Below, one piece after another: positions 38,712 through 52,027 of a DNA stretch of 64,000 nucleotides (its first letter is position 1; each line of letters begins with the position of its first letter). Under the pieces are notes generated by a model. That model did no database searches, had not been told where the DNA came from, and saw nothing but the letters and a program-made list of their open reading frames with translations. Origin of the DNA: Perna viridis. Taxonomy: Eukaryota. Position numbers and translations under genes: made by a program. The stretch covers positions 35,428,103 to 35,492,102 of the forward strand of contig CM074519.1 of assembly GCA_037379345.1 (NCBI GenBank). Reading direction: 5' to 3'.

Positions 38712-41611
38712 CATTTTGTATGAAGGTATTTTTTTGGGGTGGACTGGTGTATGAATGAAAACATGGTGGTCATACGTATATGGTCAAGATTGATTAAAAT
38801 CAAATCTTTCATTTCGCTCTGTTCTTCATCTTGTCAGACTTAACACTATACATGTACTGTGCATTGGAGGTTGTGTCAGGGGTTGTCATGGATACATAAA
38901 GCCTAGTGATAATATTGGCTAAATTTGGAAATTTGGATTAATGGTATATAATCTTGTATGTAATCTTGCATTTGTAGATAAAATAATTATTCTATAGAGG
39001 ATAACAATAAAACTGTTCAAATAGTGTAATTTTGAACAGAAACACCATATCCACTCTTTGATTGTACCAATTGGATATCATGATGGTGTTTTTGAAAGGT
39101 CATATGCAGGAAATATTGCAACTTTTGTTTTGAAAAATACTTGAAAAAAAATATGTGTAGGAATAGTCCACTAATTAAAATTGATGGAAATTTTGTTATA
39201 TGAGTTAAATGAATCTGATAATATGCCATACATGGAAAGAATATGGTTGTTGTTTTAGTTTGAAAACCATGTGATTTTGTGCATTTGATATACAGAAAAT
39301 ACATATAGCCATATTGATCTTAAACATGAAAAAGAAAGTTATAAAACATGAAAACATATGTTGCAATTTTTTTCTGTGAATGGTTTAGGAATGTGTTTAT
39401 ATTTACCTCTGAGGTCATTTTCAGTGTTTGATCTTTATTTTATTTTATTTTTTTTTGATTTGGTAAGATCTATAGGAGCTCTGTTGGAAGATTTGATTTT
39501 ATTATTTAGATTGAATGGATTTGTGTTTTATGCTGGGTTTACAGGTTATATCTAGATAAAACATTTTACCAGTAGTTTGAAACATTAAATATTAGCATTT
39601 AGACAAGAGGTGTTCAAGCTATTTTAACACAGTGGGTACATCAAAAACACTTTAAACAAAAACTTTTTTCAGGAAATATTTGTCAAATGTGATTTTATTA
39701 GTAGTTTTTTGGTTGATATGTCTTTTTTTAAATATATCATAAATAATACTTTGACATCTGAAAGGGATAATTAAGCAGAACATTTTGTGTAATTAAAGAT
39801 GCATGTGAACCTAGCATTAATTTGGTTTAAAGAGTTGTTGTTCATTCTAAAAAGTGTCATTGCAATATTTAAGTATATCCTGACTAGCAAATCAGATAAG
39901 TTTTATAAACAGAAAAGTGCTTGCAACACTGGAACTTAAAAAGAATCTGCTACTGACAATTTGTAGAAGTTTTTTAAAACAAAGCATTAATTTGTAGGAT
40001 CTAACTCTTCATATTCATAGAACTGATGTTTGATAGAACCAGTTACAGACACATTTGAATGCATAACACTATCAGCCAGTTGAGAAAAATGGAAGAAATC
40101 TTATACATAAATCTATGGGCAGTCCATGACTTTATCATGACTGTCAAATTGAAAGACATGCATTTATTAATAGTAATTAAAGTTCCTATAATTGACTGGT
40201 TAAATGTGTTATGCATTGAAGTCCTATGGTACACTATATATATATATATATAGTATTAGTAATGATTGAATTTGTTTATGGACAATATATTGGTTGTTGA
40301 AGATCAGCACATATTACTAACTGAAAGGTTGGGTTTACATCACTGTTGGGTCTAGGTCATTCTATGGTAGATGTTAATGATGAGCATATACTTATATGAT
40401 TTACTCTTCTTTGATTGTTCTCTTTCTTTTTTTCTTTTTTTTTTTTGGGGGGGGGGTGGGGGTGCAAATTTATTTTGTTAACACTGTTTGTGTTGATCAA
40501 CATGTAGCTAAACAGTTTTTGATAAACAATTTATGTTCAAAAATTTAAAACTGAGCTATGACCTTAGTTAAAAAAATTGCTGAATTTTATCTGAGGGAAC
40601 ACTTAAAACATGCTGTTAATATACTAATCAAAGGACAAATATGCCAACTGTTCACCTGCATAGGGAATAAAAAAAATGTCAAATATTCACATAAAATGTA
40701 ATGTATAGATTTCCTGTAAAATTAGTGCAACCATTGAATTTAATTTCATGCAAATAAAAACAAAACAAAACAAAACAAATAATAAAAAATTGTGAAATTA
40801 AAATTAGATTGTATATCACTCTGTTGCCTGGAGATGCTCATGTCTAAAGGAAGTTAGTACCTAGAAGAAGTGTCATTGGTGAATGTTGAATATACTTGCT
40901 TTTAACACTTTATGCATATAATTTTATTTTTACTTTTCAGGTTATGCTTGACACAACTTTAAATAAGAGAATCAAAAAACCATGGGCAAAGTGCAAATTA
41001 CTCCAATCCTTGGAAGCTTGCTACAAAAGGGACATTAGACTGCAGGGGAATGAAACATTGACTTATGTGTATTCTGCCACATGTTGGTGCTGCTACTGTT
41101 ATTATGATGTTATAAACTTAAATGGTTACACTTTATTTGTTAGATGACTTTAATGTAGTTAAATTTAAGAATTACTGTTATTTGAGGAGAATTTTTACTT
41201 ATTATTCACAGTTCATAGTTGCATGGTTTTACTTGTTTTGGAATGACTTACACATTATATTAAGATGACCTCTGGGTCAACAACATGGTTATATATATAT
41301 ATTCATGATATACCCTAATACCAATTATATATCCTCACAGATACAAATCTTTAGCAATGTGTCATATCTTGTAAAGGTATATTAGCAAAACATATAAAAT
41401 AATTTTACAAGTCCCCCCAAAGAAATACCATTGTATTGCAGTTTTGCCTCTAATAAGCCAGATAGGAATTACATTGTAGATATCAGTTTGTGGAGTAAAC
41501 TGAAACTTTTAATTTGACTCAGCTATTTACTTTAGTTAAAAAAATGATGACATTGGCATTAGAAAGAACAGTAATGTGTATATTTAATGTTTTACTGCAT
41601 ACAACAGTCAT

Positions 41612-41970
41612 AGGAACAGAACGATTGATTTTCTGTCAGGAGGCCTGGGGTTTTAAGGCAGGCTAGATATAGTTTTTTGCTGGCCTTGTAGGCCAGTTTT
41701 TTCCCTAATAGTGATAAAATCAATACTTTTTTTTTTTAAAATCTTATTTTTCCAATTGGCAAATGGAGGGCCATATAAGTTTTGTTCACTCCAGCTGCAA
41801 GCTAGAATAGTAATTCTTTTTACAAATAAAAATGGATAATCTAGGCCTAGCAACCCAGAAAACTAGGCCTAGCAACCCGGATAATCTAGGCCTAGCAACC
41901 CAGATAATCTAGGCCTATCAACCCGGATAATCTAGGCCTAGCAACCCGGAAAATCAAATGGTCCATGCCT
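41612..41970. mobile_element. MITE-like element with an internal array of 5 units of 22-23 bp (41834-41947)
   Basis: imperfect TIR AGG..ACGATTGATTTTC / GAAAATCAAATGGT..CCT; unit GGATAATCTAGGCCTAGCAACCC. Confidence 0.65.
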
Positions 41971-44900
41971 TATAATCAGAAAAATTAATTTCATTACTAG
42001 TAGTTTTGTATTGAGTATAATTGTTGACTTTAATCATTGGTTTCTTTATTAATACACATTTAACTGATACAGTGGACCAGCATTTATTCCTTATCTATAC
42101 TAGAGGCACTTACTAGTGTGAAACTCTAGAAATGTCCATGCTGTTAGCAGCCATGTTGAATTATGATTTTGTTTTATTTAGTTGCCCTATAAGAAATAAT
42201 GGATTAATTTGTTGCTTGCGTTTATCTTTAGTTGACACAAGGCTATTTTTGTCTTCCGTTTCCTGTGATATCTTATTTTTGCCATATTGACATATAAATT
42301 GAATTTTTCCAACTGCATCTATAATAGACTGAACACATAATACAGATGTAAATGCATCATATACATAATAAAATGTAATTAAATCTGTCTCTAATAAAAC
42401 CCTATAAATAGAGAATTGAAATGGTATATCCTTTTGCATAAATTAGATGTGCCTAGCTCCCATGTAGATTTGACCTTTACAATAAATTTGATTGTCTCAA
42501 TATTTCTTAGACCTGATTTCCATCTGATTTAACAAAAATTTGCTTCTTCAGATTGGTATTTTACTCTTGCAGTTTCTTATTTAATTGTTTACATGTATTT
42601 ACTGAGGAATTTGCATTTTTTTCTCTTTTGGTTAGGTCTGATTTCTTCTAATGTTTGTTGATTTGATTTGTCAATAAAGTCCAAGTATTCATTTGAATAT
42701 AAAACTTTTTTATTGCAACACTTTTAACTAGTAATTATAACAGTATGTACAAACTTCAGTTCTTAAGGATTTTGTAGAGACACATTTAAAGGCATTCAAT
42801 GATGATGCAGTAAAAGGTCTTTAATGTTAAACAAATATCATTTGTATATTTTTTTAATTTGTAGGGATGCATGCATTTCATTTTTTATTGTTGCCTTTTT
42901 ACAAATTGAAATTGTTCAAATTTTATCAATTAGCTGAATGGGAAGATATTTGATGTACATATCCCTAAATTAGCAGACAACCAAGTTTTTAGTTTAAAGT
43001 TCAAAATTCTACAATTAAATACAACATTAATTAATGTATGATATTCATTTGCACAATTTTTATTGCTCAAGCAGATACCAAATTTAATCATGATGATTTG
43101 CATCAATGCATTTTCATGTCTGATGATGTTGCATATTCATTAAGTTTTTTTCATCAATGTTCATACATGGAATAGCCATAATCTACATATTCATAGAACT
43201 CATTTGCATAAATATTCATAACTGCCAGTATTTATTTGTTGCTTATTTATCTAGAACAATATGTTTTTATTATGAAGAAATAAAATATAATGACCTACTG
43301 AATTTATTTTGTTTGTTATGTAAAAGGCTCACTCTGTAATAATTGTTATCTCCTGTGAATTTAATTATTTACAATATTTTGTTACAATATTTTGTTACAA
43401 TATTTGCAAAGAAGATTGCAATAATCTTAGCCAACAAATGCAATATTCGTTGCAATAACCAAAATAATTCACATTTGTATAAAAAGGTTGTAAATATAAA
43501 ACAATGCTTCTGAGCAAATAGCCAATGCAAAAAAAAACAATAACTAGATGCTAATTAGTATTTTGTTCCTTTGAAAATTATTAGTTGGTCATATTATGTT
43601 ATAGCACTGTTACAATTTATATTGATGTGTTGTCATCATCATGAGACACTTGGTTTTCATGCTGTAAATTGAATATTAGTGTTTTTATCTTACAACATAG
43701 ATGGAAACCCCACAAAAGGAAGATTTGTATCAAACTAATGGGATAAAAACATAGATGGAAACCCCACAAAAGGAAGATTTGTATCAAACTAATGGGATAA
43801 AGCCACAACAACCATGAATTTAAAACAACTGGCTTGAATACATAATAACCATATAAGTGAAAACATTTTTGGTCATATAATTTTAATGCACTGTCATGAT
43901 CACCATCCACAGTTATTTGTTTTTGTTGTCCTGAGACACTGTTTTTAGTGCAATATCTTGAATATAAATGTTTTCACACAACTCTCAACTTTCACACGGA
44001 AATCACATTAAAGGAAGATTGGTCTTGATAAAATGAAGGAAGTTTGGTATTAATTAAATGAAGGAAGATGGGTATTGATTAAGGAATATGACACTAAAGG
44101 ATTTGGAACAAATTATGAATTTAAAACAACTTAAATACATAACTTAAGTATATATGTGTGGATTTGACGGGTAGGTTTCATATTACAAAAAACATTCTGT
44201 TAATTGTTAAGAGTTATAAACCTTACCACGTCAGAATAAGAATACAAGAAGGTTTCCTAGTCGTTCATTGAAGACCCATGGGTGGCCATGGGCTGACTTT
44301 TTTATTTGATTTTCAATCTGTGGCAATCCAGGGATGCTAGCTAGCCAAATACTTCAGTTATCTAGACTCACCTCGTAATTTAATCACAATGAAGCTTGGC
44401 GACCAACAGATAAGTTTTGCCTGTCATCGATTCCAAATGTTATCGTGTTGATATTAAGGACATTCAAGTTTACTAAAATAACTTCAACGTCAACAATGAA
44501 ACTCGCTGATGTGTTACGAATGTTTTCTATCTGTCATCATCTGAAAAGGGTAAAACAATCACAGTGCTGTTAGCACTTGAGGTTATTGATCTCCGTCAAA
44601 ATTGTAGCATGAACATAATTTCAAAGTTAATATGAAGTAAAATAAAACTGTAATTGTAATTTGCTTTTCCCATAATATTCAAATTTTTGAAATAGTATAT
44701 ACTGAATATAAATGTTTACTACTGATTTTCAGAGATATAAACTGTAGATCAATAGTTAAACAGTATACAACTTCACACACATTTACAATTTTGTTTCATT
44801 TTATCTTTTTCACAAGTTTTTGAACCTATCCAAAAATTTACAATAATATTAAAAAATATGATGCATTCTTACACTGTATTTTTCACAAATTAAAATTTCA

Positions 44901-45837
44901 GCTACAAAATACAATTTCCTAGATGTACATTAAATTTTCCAAGAAACAGACACTAATCAATTTAAGAATCTTCCGACAACTTTACTTTGTGTTTTTAAAT
45001 TAAATGTAATTTGAAAGATATCTTAATTTTGCACTTCAAAATATGCCTGTTCTTTTATTTGCATTTGAGATGGGTTTTTTTTTCACAGCACTTTGATCAG
45101 TGGTGGGGCTAGGATCAAAATTTAGCACATTTTCACTTTCTATAGTAAAAATGTTTTGAAAGTTGCAAGAGATGACTTGGTTTACGGAACTAAAGGAGTA
45201 ATGTGTGAAACTTCGTGGTATCTAACGGTTTATTCACAAGGGGCAAACTTAAAAAATAGTATTTTTTAAATGAATTTATTTCTTTCATGTTTCTTTACAC
45301 ATTCTGCAAAACATAAAATTTTCTTAGTGCAAATTTATAACTAGATATCTTTCAAGGCCAAAAAGAAGTTTCTCTAATCTGCATTTGATTTATGACCAGA
45401 TCTTAATTTCATAATGGTAACTTGCTGTCCTCGTCGTAAACGACTGTTGTTGTCCGGCGTCCGTAGACAATTTGGTTTCCAGACAATAACTAGAGTATAA
45501 GAGTAAGGATCTTCATGAAATTATACCACAAGGTAGGTTTGGATTTTTTAGGATTTGTGACTTAAACCGAGTAAGAATTAAGGACCGACCAACAAGGGCC
45601 ATAAACAAGCATTTCATGATATCTGAACCTATAAACTTGACTATAATGAATCGATTTCTTTGAAATTGTACTATCAGATGACATGCCACATAATGAAGGC
45701 GATTTATATAAAAGATAACAACCTTTCTCAGTCTTTTATGGATTCTAGCCACAATTCAGTCATACCTTGATTATAAAATAGTCAGAAATGTCTGCTGTCA
45801 GTGGATAAAAGATACTAGTGACTAAGTTCGCATGTTT

Positions 45838-46004
45838 AAAGAGTAATCAAGGGGACCAAGGTTATAGCGGTAATAAAAAAAAATGTAATCCAGGGACTAA
45901 GACCAGACATGGAAAACAGACATACACAACAAAGAACATAAAGTAACTAAAATCATACATTCAAAGTAACAAAAGTAAATGAGCAACTCGGACTCCACTA
46001 AAAA
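45838..46004 (-). mobile_element. 5'-truncated Penelope-like 3' end
   Basis: matches 57585-57745 and the reverse complement of 26028-26193. Confidence 0.75.
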
Positions 46005-46434
46005 TTTTAATATTCTTTTTATAATTTTTTAAAATTTTTAAAATTTTAAAAAATTCAAAATTTAAAAATAAAGTTTTTCGAGAGGAGAGAATAATAATCC
46101 TTTATCTAAGAAAATGTTCCATTCCAATGTCACACATTGCTTCCTTGGAACGGATGATGTAGCAGACAATTGCAAGCTTTGAAATTGGCGTGAGGAGATT
46201 CTGTAGAGAATGAATTATCATTCTAAATATATAACTCCAGTTATTCTTGATGGGATTATAGCACATTGTCCGCCCGTCCGTCGTTCAGAATTCTCACAAT
46301 CTTCGTTTAACTACAGTGAATCGTTTATTTTTATTGATGTTGGCTCCATATCTGTTTCCATTCATTTCTGGCTTAACTGTTTCGATAAATGAAAATTTAT
46401 TCTTTAAATTTCAGCGATTTCTTCTTTTGTATTT

Positions 46435-46571
46435 NNNNNNNNNNNNNNNNNNNNNNNNNNNNNNNNNNNNNNNNNNNNNNNNNNNNNNNNNNNNNNNNNN
46501 NNNNNNNNNNNNNNNNNNNNNNNNNNNNNNNNNNNNNNNNNNNNNNNNNNNNNNNNNNNNNNNNNNNNNNN
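46435..46571. other. assembly gap (137 N)
   Basis: N run; corresponds to the T-rich simple repeat at about 50748-50857 in copy 2. Confidence 1.
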
Positions 46572-47118
46572 TTCCATACTCTTCATACTTTACTTGGGTC
46601 GATGCAAATTGTGAGGCACATTTTCAGGTTAGTTTAATTGAATTAAATTGTTCATATCAATCAGCAGTAGTGGACCACGGACATTCGTTTCAATCATAGA
46701 TATAATGTACGAGCTCATAGGGAACGGTTGTATCATGCGTTAATGACACAAGTCTTTATTTTATGGTTCACTTTAAATGTAAAACACACTATGAATTACA
46801 CAGAAACGCATTAAGGGACTCTTACACTATAACAAATTGAGCGAACGAACTGCTACCGAATTGAGAAAAGAATAGAAAAGTGACCTGTTAATCACTTGTC
46901 AGATGAAAAGTTGACGTTTTGAACAAGCTAAAACGATATAATGTGTAATTATAACGAGTAAACCCATTCAGAACGAATTTTTTAACAAACGAAGCACCAA
47001 CACGAAAGCGACTACGGAACGTTCTGTGTACCTATCACTAACCATCTTACCGCATATACTATTAAATATTGGTAATTAACGAATGAAACGCTCATAGGTA
47101 ATACATAACGAATCTAAT

Positions 47119-50100
47119 TTCAATGATGATGCAATAAAAGGTCTTTAATGTTAAACAAATATCATTTGTATATTTTTTTAATTTGTAGGGATGCATGCAT
47201 TTCATTTTTTATTGTTGCCTTTTTACAAATTGATATTGTTCAAATTTTATCAATTAGCTGAATGGGAAGATATTTGATGTACATATCCCTAAATTAGCAG
47301 ACAACCAAGTTTTTAGTTTAAAGTTCAAAATTCTACAATTAAATACAACATTAATTAATGTATGATATTCATTTGCACAATTTTTATTGCTCAAGCAGAT
47401 ACCAAATTTAATCATGATGATTTGCATCAATGCATTTTCATGTCTGATGATGTTACATATTCATTAAGTTTTTTTCATCAATGTTCATACATGGAATAGC
47501 CATAATCTACATATTCATAGAACTCATTTGCATAAATATTCATAATTGCCAGTATTTATTTGTTGCTTATTTATCTAGAACAATATGTTTTTATTATGAA
47601 GAAATAAAATATAATGACCTACTGAATTTATTTTGTTTGTTATGTAAAAGGCTCACTCTGTAATAATTGTTATCTCCTGTGAATTTAATTATTTACAATA
47701 TTTTGTTACAATATTTGCAAAGAAGATTGCAATAATCTTAGCCAACAAATGCAATATTCGTTGCAATAACCAAAATAATTCACATTTGTATAAAAAGGTT
47801 GTAAATATAAAACAATGCTTCTGAGCAAATAGCCAATGCAAAAAAAAACAATAACTAGATGCTAATTAGTATTTTGTTCCTTTGAAAATTATTAGTTGGT
47901 CATATTATGTTATAGCACTGTTACAATTTATATTGATGTGTTGTCATCATCATGAGACACTTGGTTTTCATGCTGTAAATTGAATATTAGTGTTTTTATC
48001 TTACAACATAGATGGAAACCCCACAAAAGGAAGATTTGTATCAAACTAATGGGATAAAAACATAGATGGAAACCCCACAAAAGGAAGATTTGTATCAAAC
48101 TAATGGGATAAAGCCACAACAACCATGAATTTAAAACAACTGGCTTGAATACATAATAACCATATAAGTGAAAACATTTTTGGTCATATAATTTTAATGC
48201 ACTGTCATGATCACCATCCACAGTTATTTGTTTTTGTTGTCCTGAGACACTGTTTTTAGTGCAATATCTTGAATATAAATGTTTTCACACAACTCTCAAC
48301 TTTCACACGGAATCACATTAAAGGAAGATTGGTCTTGATAAAATGAAGGAAGTTTGGTATTAATTAAATGAAGGAAGATGGGTATTGATTAAGGAATATG
48401 ACACTAAAGGATTTGGAACAAATTATGAATTTAAAACAACTTAAATACATAACTTAAGTATATATGTGTGGATTTTACGGGTAGGTTTCATATTACAAAA
48501 AACATTCTGTTAATTGTTAAGAGTTATAAACCTTACCACGTCAGAATAAGAATACAAGAAGGTTTCCTAGTCGTTCATTGAAGACCCATGGGTGGCCATG
48601 GGCTGACATTTTTTTATTTGATTTTCAATCTGTGGCAATCCAGGGATGCTAGCTAGCCAAATACTTCAGTTATCTAGACTCACCTCGTAATTTAATCACA
48701 ATGAAGCTTGGCGACCAACAGATAAGTTTTGCCTGTCATCGATTCCAAATGTTATCGTGTTGATATTAAGGACATTCAAGTTTACTAAAATAACTTCAAC
48801 GTCAACAATGAAACTCGCTGTAGTGTTACGAATGTTTTCTATCTGTCATCATCTGAAAAGGGTAAAACAATCACAGTGCTTTTAGCACTTGAGGTTATTG
48901 ATCTCCGTCAAAATTGTAGCATGAACATAATTTCAAAGTTAATATGAAGTAAAATAAAACTGTAATTGTAATTTGCTTTTCCCATAATATTCAAATTTTT
49001 GAAATAGTATATACTGAATATAAATGTTTACTACTGATTTTCAGAGATATAAACTGTAGATCAATAGTTAAACAGTATACAACTTCACACACATTTACAA
49101 TTTTGTTTCATTTTATCTTTTTCACAAGTTTTTGAACCTATCCAAAAATTTACAATAATATTAAAAAATATGATGCATTCTTACACTGTATTTTTCACAA
49201 ATTAAAATTTCAGCTACAAAATACAATTTCCTAGATGTACATTAAATTTTCCAAGAAACAGACACTAATCAATTTAAGAATCTTCCGACAACTTTACTTT
49301 GTGTTTTTTAAATTAAATGTAATTTGGAAGATATCTTAATTTTGCACTTCAAAATATGCCTGTTCTTTTATTTGCATTTGAGATGGTTTTTTTCACAGCA
49401 CTTTGATCAGTGGTGGGGCTAGGATCAAAATTTAGCACATTTTCACTTTCTATAGTAAAAATGTTTTGAAAGTTGCAAGAGATGACTTGGTTTACGGAAC
49501 TAAAGGAGTAATGTGTGAAACTTCGTGGTATCTAACGGTTTATTCACAAGGGGCAAACTTAAAAAATAGTATTTTTTAAATGAATTTATTTCTTTCATGT
49601 TTCTTTACACATTCTGCAAAACATAAAATTTTCTTAGTGCAAATTTATAACTAGATATCTTTCAAGGCCAAAAAGAAGTTTCTCTAATCTGCATTTGATT
49701 TATGACCAGATCTTAATTTCATAATGGTACCTTGCTGTCCTCGTCGTAAACGACTGTTGTTGTCCGGCGTCCGTAGACAATTTGGTTTCCAGACAATAAC
49801 TAGAGTATAAGAGTAAGGATCTTCATGAAATTATACTACAAGGTAGGTTTGGATTTTTTAGGATTTGTGACTTAAACCGAGTAAGAATTAAGGACCGACC
49901 AACAAGGGCCATAAACAAGCATTTCATGATATCTGAACCTATAAACTTGACTATAATGAATCGATTTCTTTGAAATTGTACTATCAGATGACGTGCCACA
50001 TAATGAAGGCGATTTATATAAAAGATAACAACCTTTCTCAGTCTTTTATGGATTCTAGCCACAATTCAGTCATACCTTGATTATAAAATAGTCAGAAATG

Positions 50101-51406
50101 TCTGCTGTCAGTGGATAAAAGATACTAGTGACTAAGTTCGCATGTTTAAAGAGTAATCAAGGGGACCAAGGTTATAGCGGTAATAAAAAAAAATGTAATC
50201 CAGGGACTAAGACCAGACATGGAAAACAGACATACACAACAAAGAACATAAAGTAACTAAAATCATACATACAAAGTAACAAAAGTAAATGAGCAACTCG
50301 GACTCCACTAAAAATTTTAATATTTTTTTATAATTTTTTTTAAATTTTTAAAATTTTAAAAAATTCAAAATTTTAAAATAAAGCTTTTCGAGAGGAGAGA
50401 ATAATAATCCTTTATCTAAGAAAATGTTCCATTCCAATGTCACACATTGCTTCCTTGGAACGGATGATGTAGCAGACAATTGCAAGCTTTGAAATTGGCG
50501 TGAGGAGATTCTGTAGAGAATGAATTATCATTCTAAATATATAACTCCAGTTATTCTTGATGGGATTATAGCACATTGTTGTCCGCCCGTCCGTCGTTCA
50601 GAATTCTCACAATCTTCGTTTAACTACAGTGAATCGTTTATTTTTATTGATGTTGGCTCCTTATCTGTTTCCATTCATTTCTGGCTTAACTGTTTCGATA
50701 AATGAAAATTTATTCTTTAAATTTCAGCGATTTCTTCTTTTGTATTTTTTGTTTTGATTTGTTTTGTTTTGTTTTGTTTGTTTGTTTGTTTGTTTGTTGT
50801 TGTTGTTGTTTTGTTTTTGTTTTTGTTTTTTTTTGGGGGGGTTATAAACCAAGTCAGTTCCATTTTCTTCATACTTTACTTGGGTCGATGCAAATTGTGA
50901 GGCACATTTTCAGGTTAGTTTAAATGAATTAAATTGTTCATATCAATCAGCAGTAGTGGACCACGGACATTCGTTTCAATCATAGATATAATGTACGAGC
51001 TCATAGGGAACGGTTGTATCATGCGTTAATGACACAAGTCTTTATTTTATGGTTCACTTTAAATGTAAAACACACTATGAATTACACAGAAACGCATTAA
51101 GGGACTCTTACACTATAACAAATTGAGCGAACGAACTGCTACCGAATTGAGAAAAGAATAGAAAAGTGACCTGTTAATCACTTGTCAGATGAAAAATTGA
51201 CCTTTTGAACAAGCTAAAACGATATAATATGTAATTATAACGAGTAAACCCATTCAGAACGATTTTTTTTAACAAACGAAGCACCAACACGAAAGCGACT
51301 ACGGAACGTTCTGTGTACCTATCACTAACCATCTTACCGCATATACTATTAAATATTGGTAATTAACGAATGGAACGCTCATAGGTAATACATAACGAAT
51401 CTAATT
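47119..51406 (+). repeat. 4.3-kb tandem segmental duplication, copy 2
   Basis: as above; scattered SNPs and small indels. Confidence 0.97.
50148..50314 (-). mobile_element. 5'-truncated Penelope-like 3' end (duplicate of 45838-46004)
   Basis: part of the segmental duplication. Confidence 0.75.
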
Positions 51407-51825
51407 CACTTTTTTTGGAAATTGAATGCATGAGGGTATAACCCTCTTTTCGTATACGGGATTCGGCATGCTTTTAAATCATTAATTAAGATTTATTAAA
51501 TTAGACTCGGGCGCAGAGTTGTGCATTGTACGCTGGACTCGCCGTCATTTTTAGAGCATACGGTGGACTCGATGGAGAGGGGTTACACATAAAAAAAATA
51601 TGCATAAAAACAGTACATATTTTAGGAGAATGAAGCAATATAAAAGAAAGTAAACTGCAAAATATTTTTTTCTGATGCAAATGTGATTAAGGTAAAGAAA
51701 ATTGAAGGATCTTCAAAATCGAGGAATTATTTATTATACAGATTGTCTTTCTGGATTTTTGATATCTTTCAGTTATATAACGTGCATGATAACACGAGTC
51801 ATACGACATGTTAATTGCTTCACAG

Positions 51826-52027
51826 TGCATCATTTTAGTAATTTCTTTAATTAACAGCTTGTGTCGTTGCATCATTTTAGTAATTTCTTTAATTGACAGC
51901 TTGTGTCGTTGCATCATTTTAGTTAAATTCTTACGCTGACAGCTTGTGTCGTTGCAACATTTTAGGTAAATTCTTTAATTGACAGCTTGTGTCGTTGAAT
52001 CAATTTAGGTATTTCTTTAATTGACAG
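51826..52027. repeat. tandem repeat, about 5 x 42-43 bp, inside the ORF2 C-terminus of the decayed LINE
   Basis: unit TGCATCATTTTAGTAATTTCTTTAATTGACAGCTTGTGTCGT. Confidence 0.9.

Larger units (their letters stand above)
42795..47118 (+). repeat. 4.3-kb tandem segmental duplication, copy 1 (contains N gap)
   Basis: near-identical to 47119-51406; duplicated ORFs in track (43157/47481, 43617/47928, 45513/49823). Confidence 0.97.

Noticed and set aside
43118-43135. CTGATGA as a hammerhead ribozyme core
   Set aside because: No flanking stems or suitably placed GAAA seen
43157-50923. Pairs of identical small ORFs suggesting a duplicated gene cluster
   Set aside because: Low-complexity chance ORFs duplicated with the 4.3-kb segment; no domain or splice support
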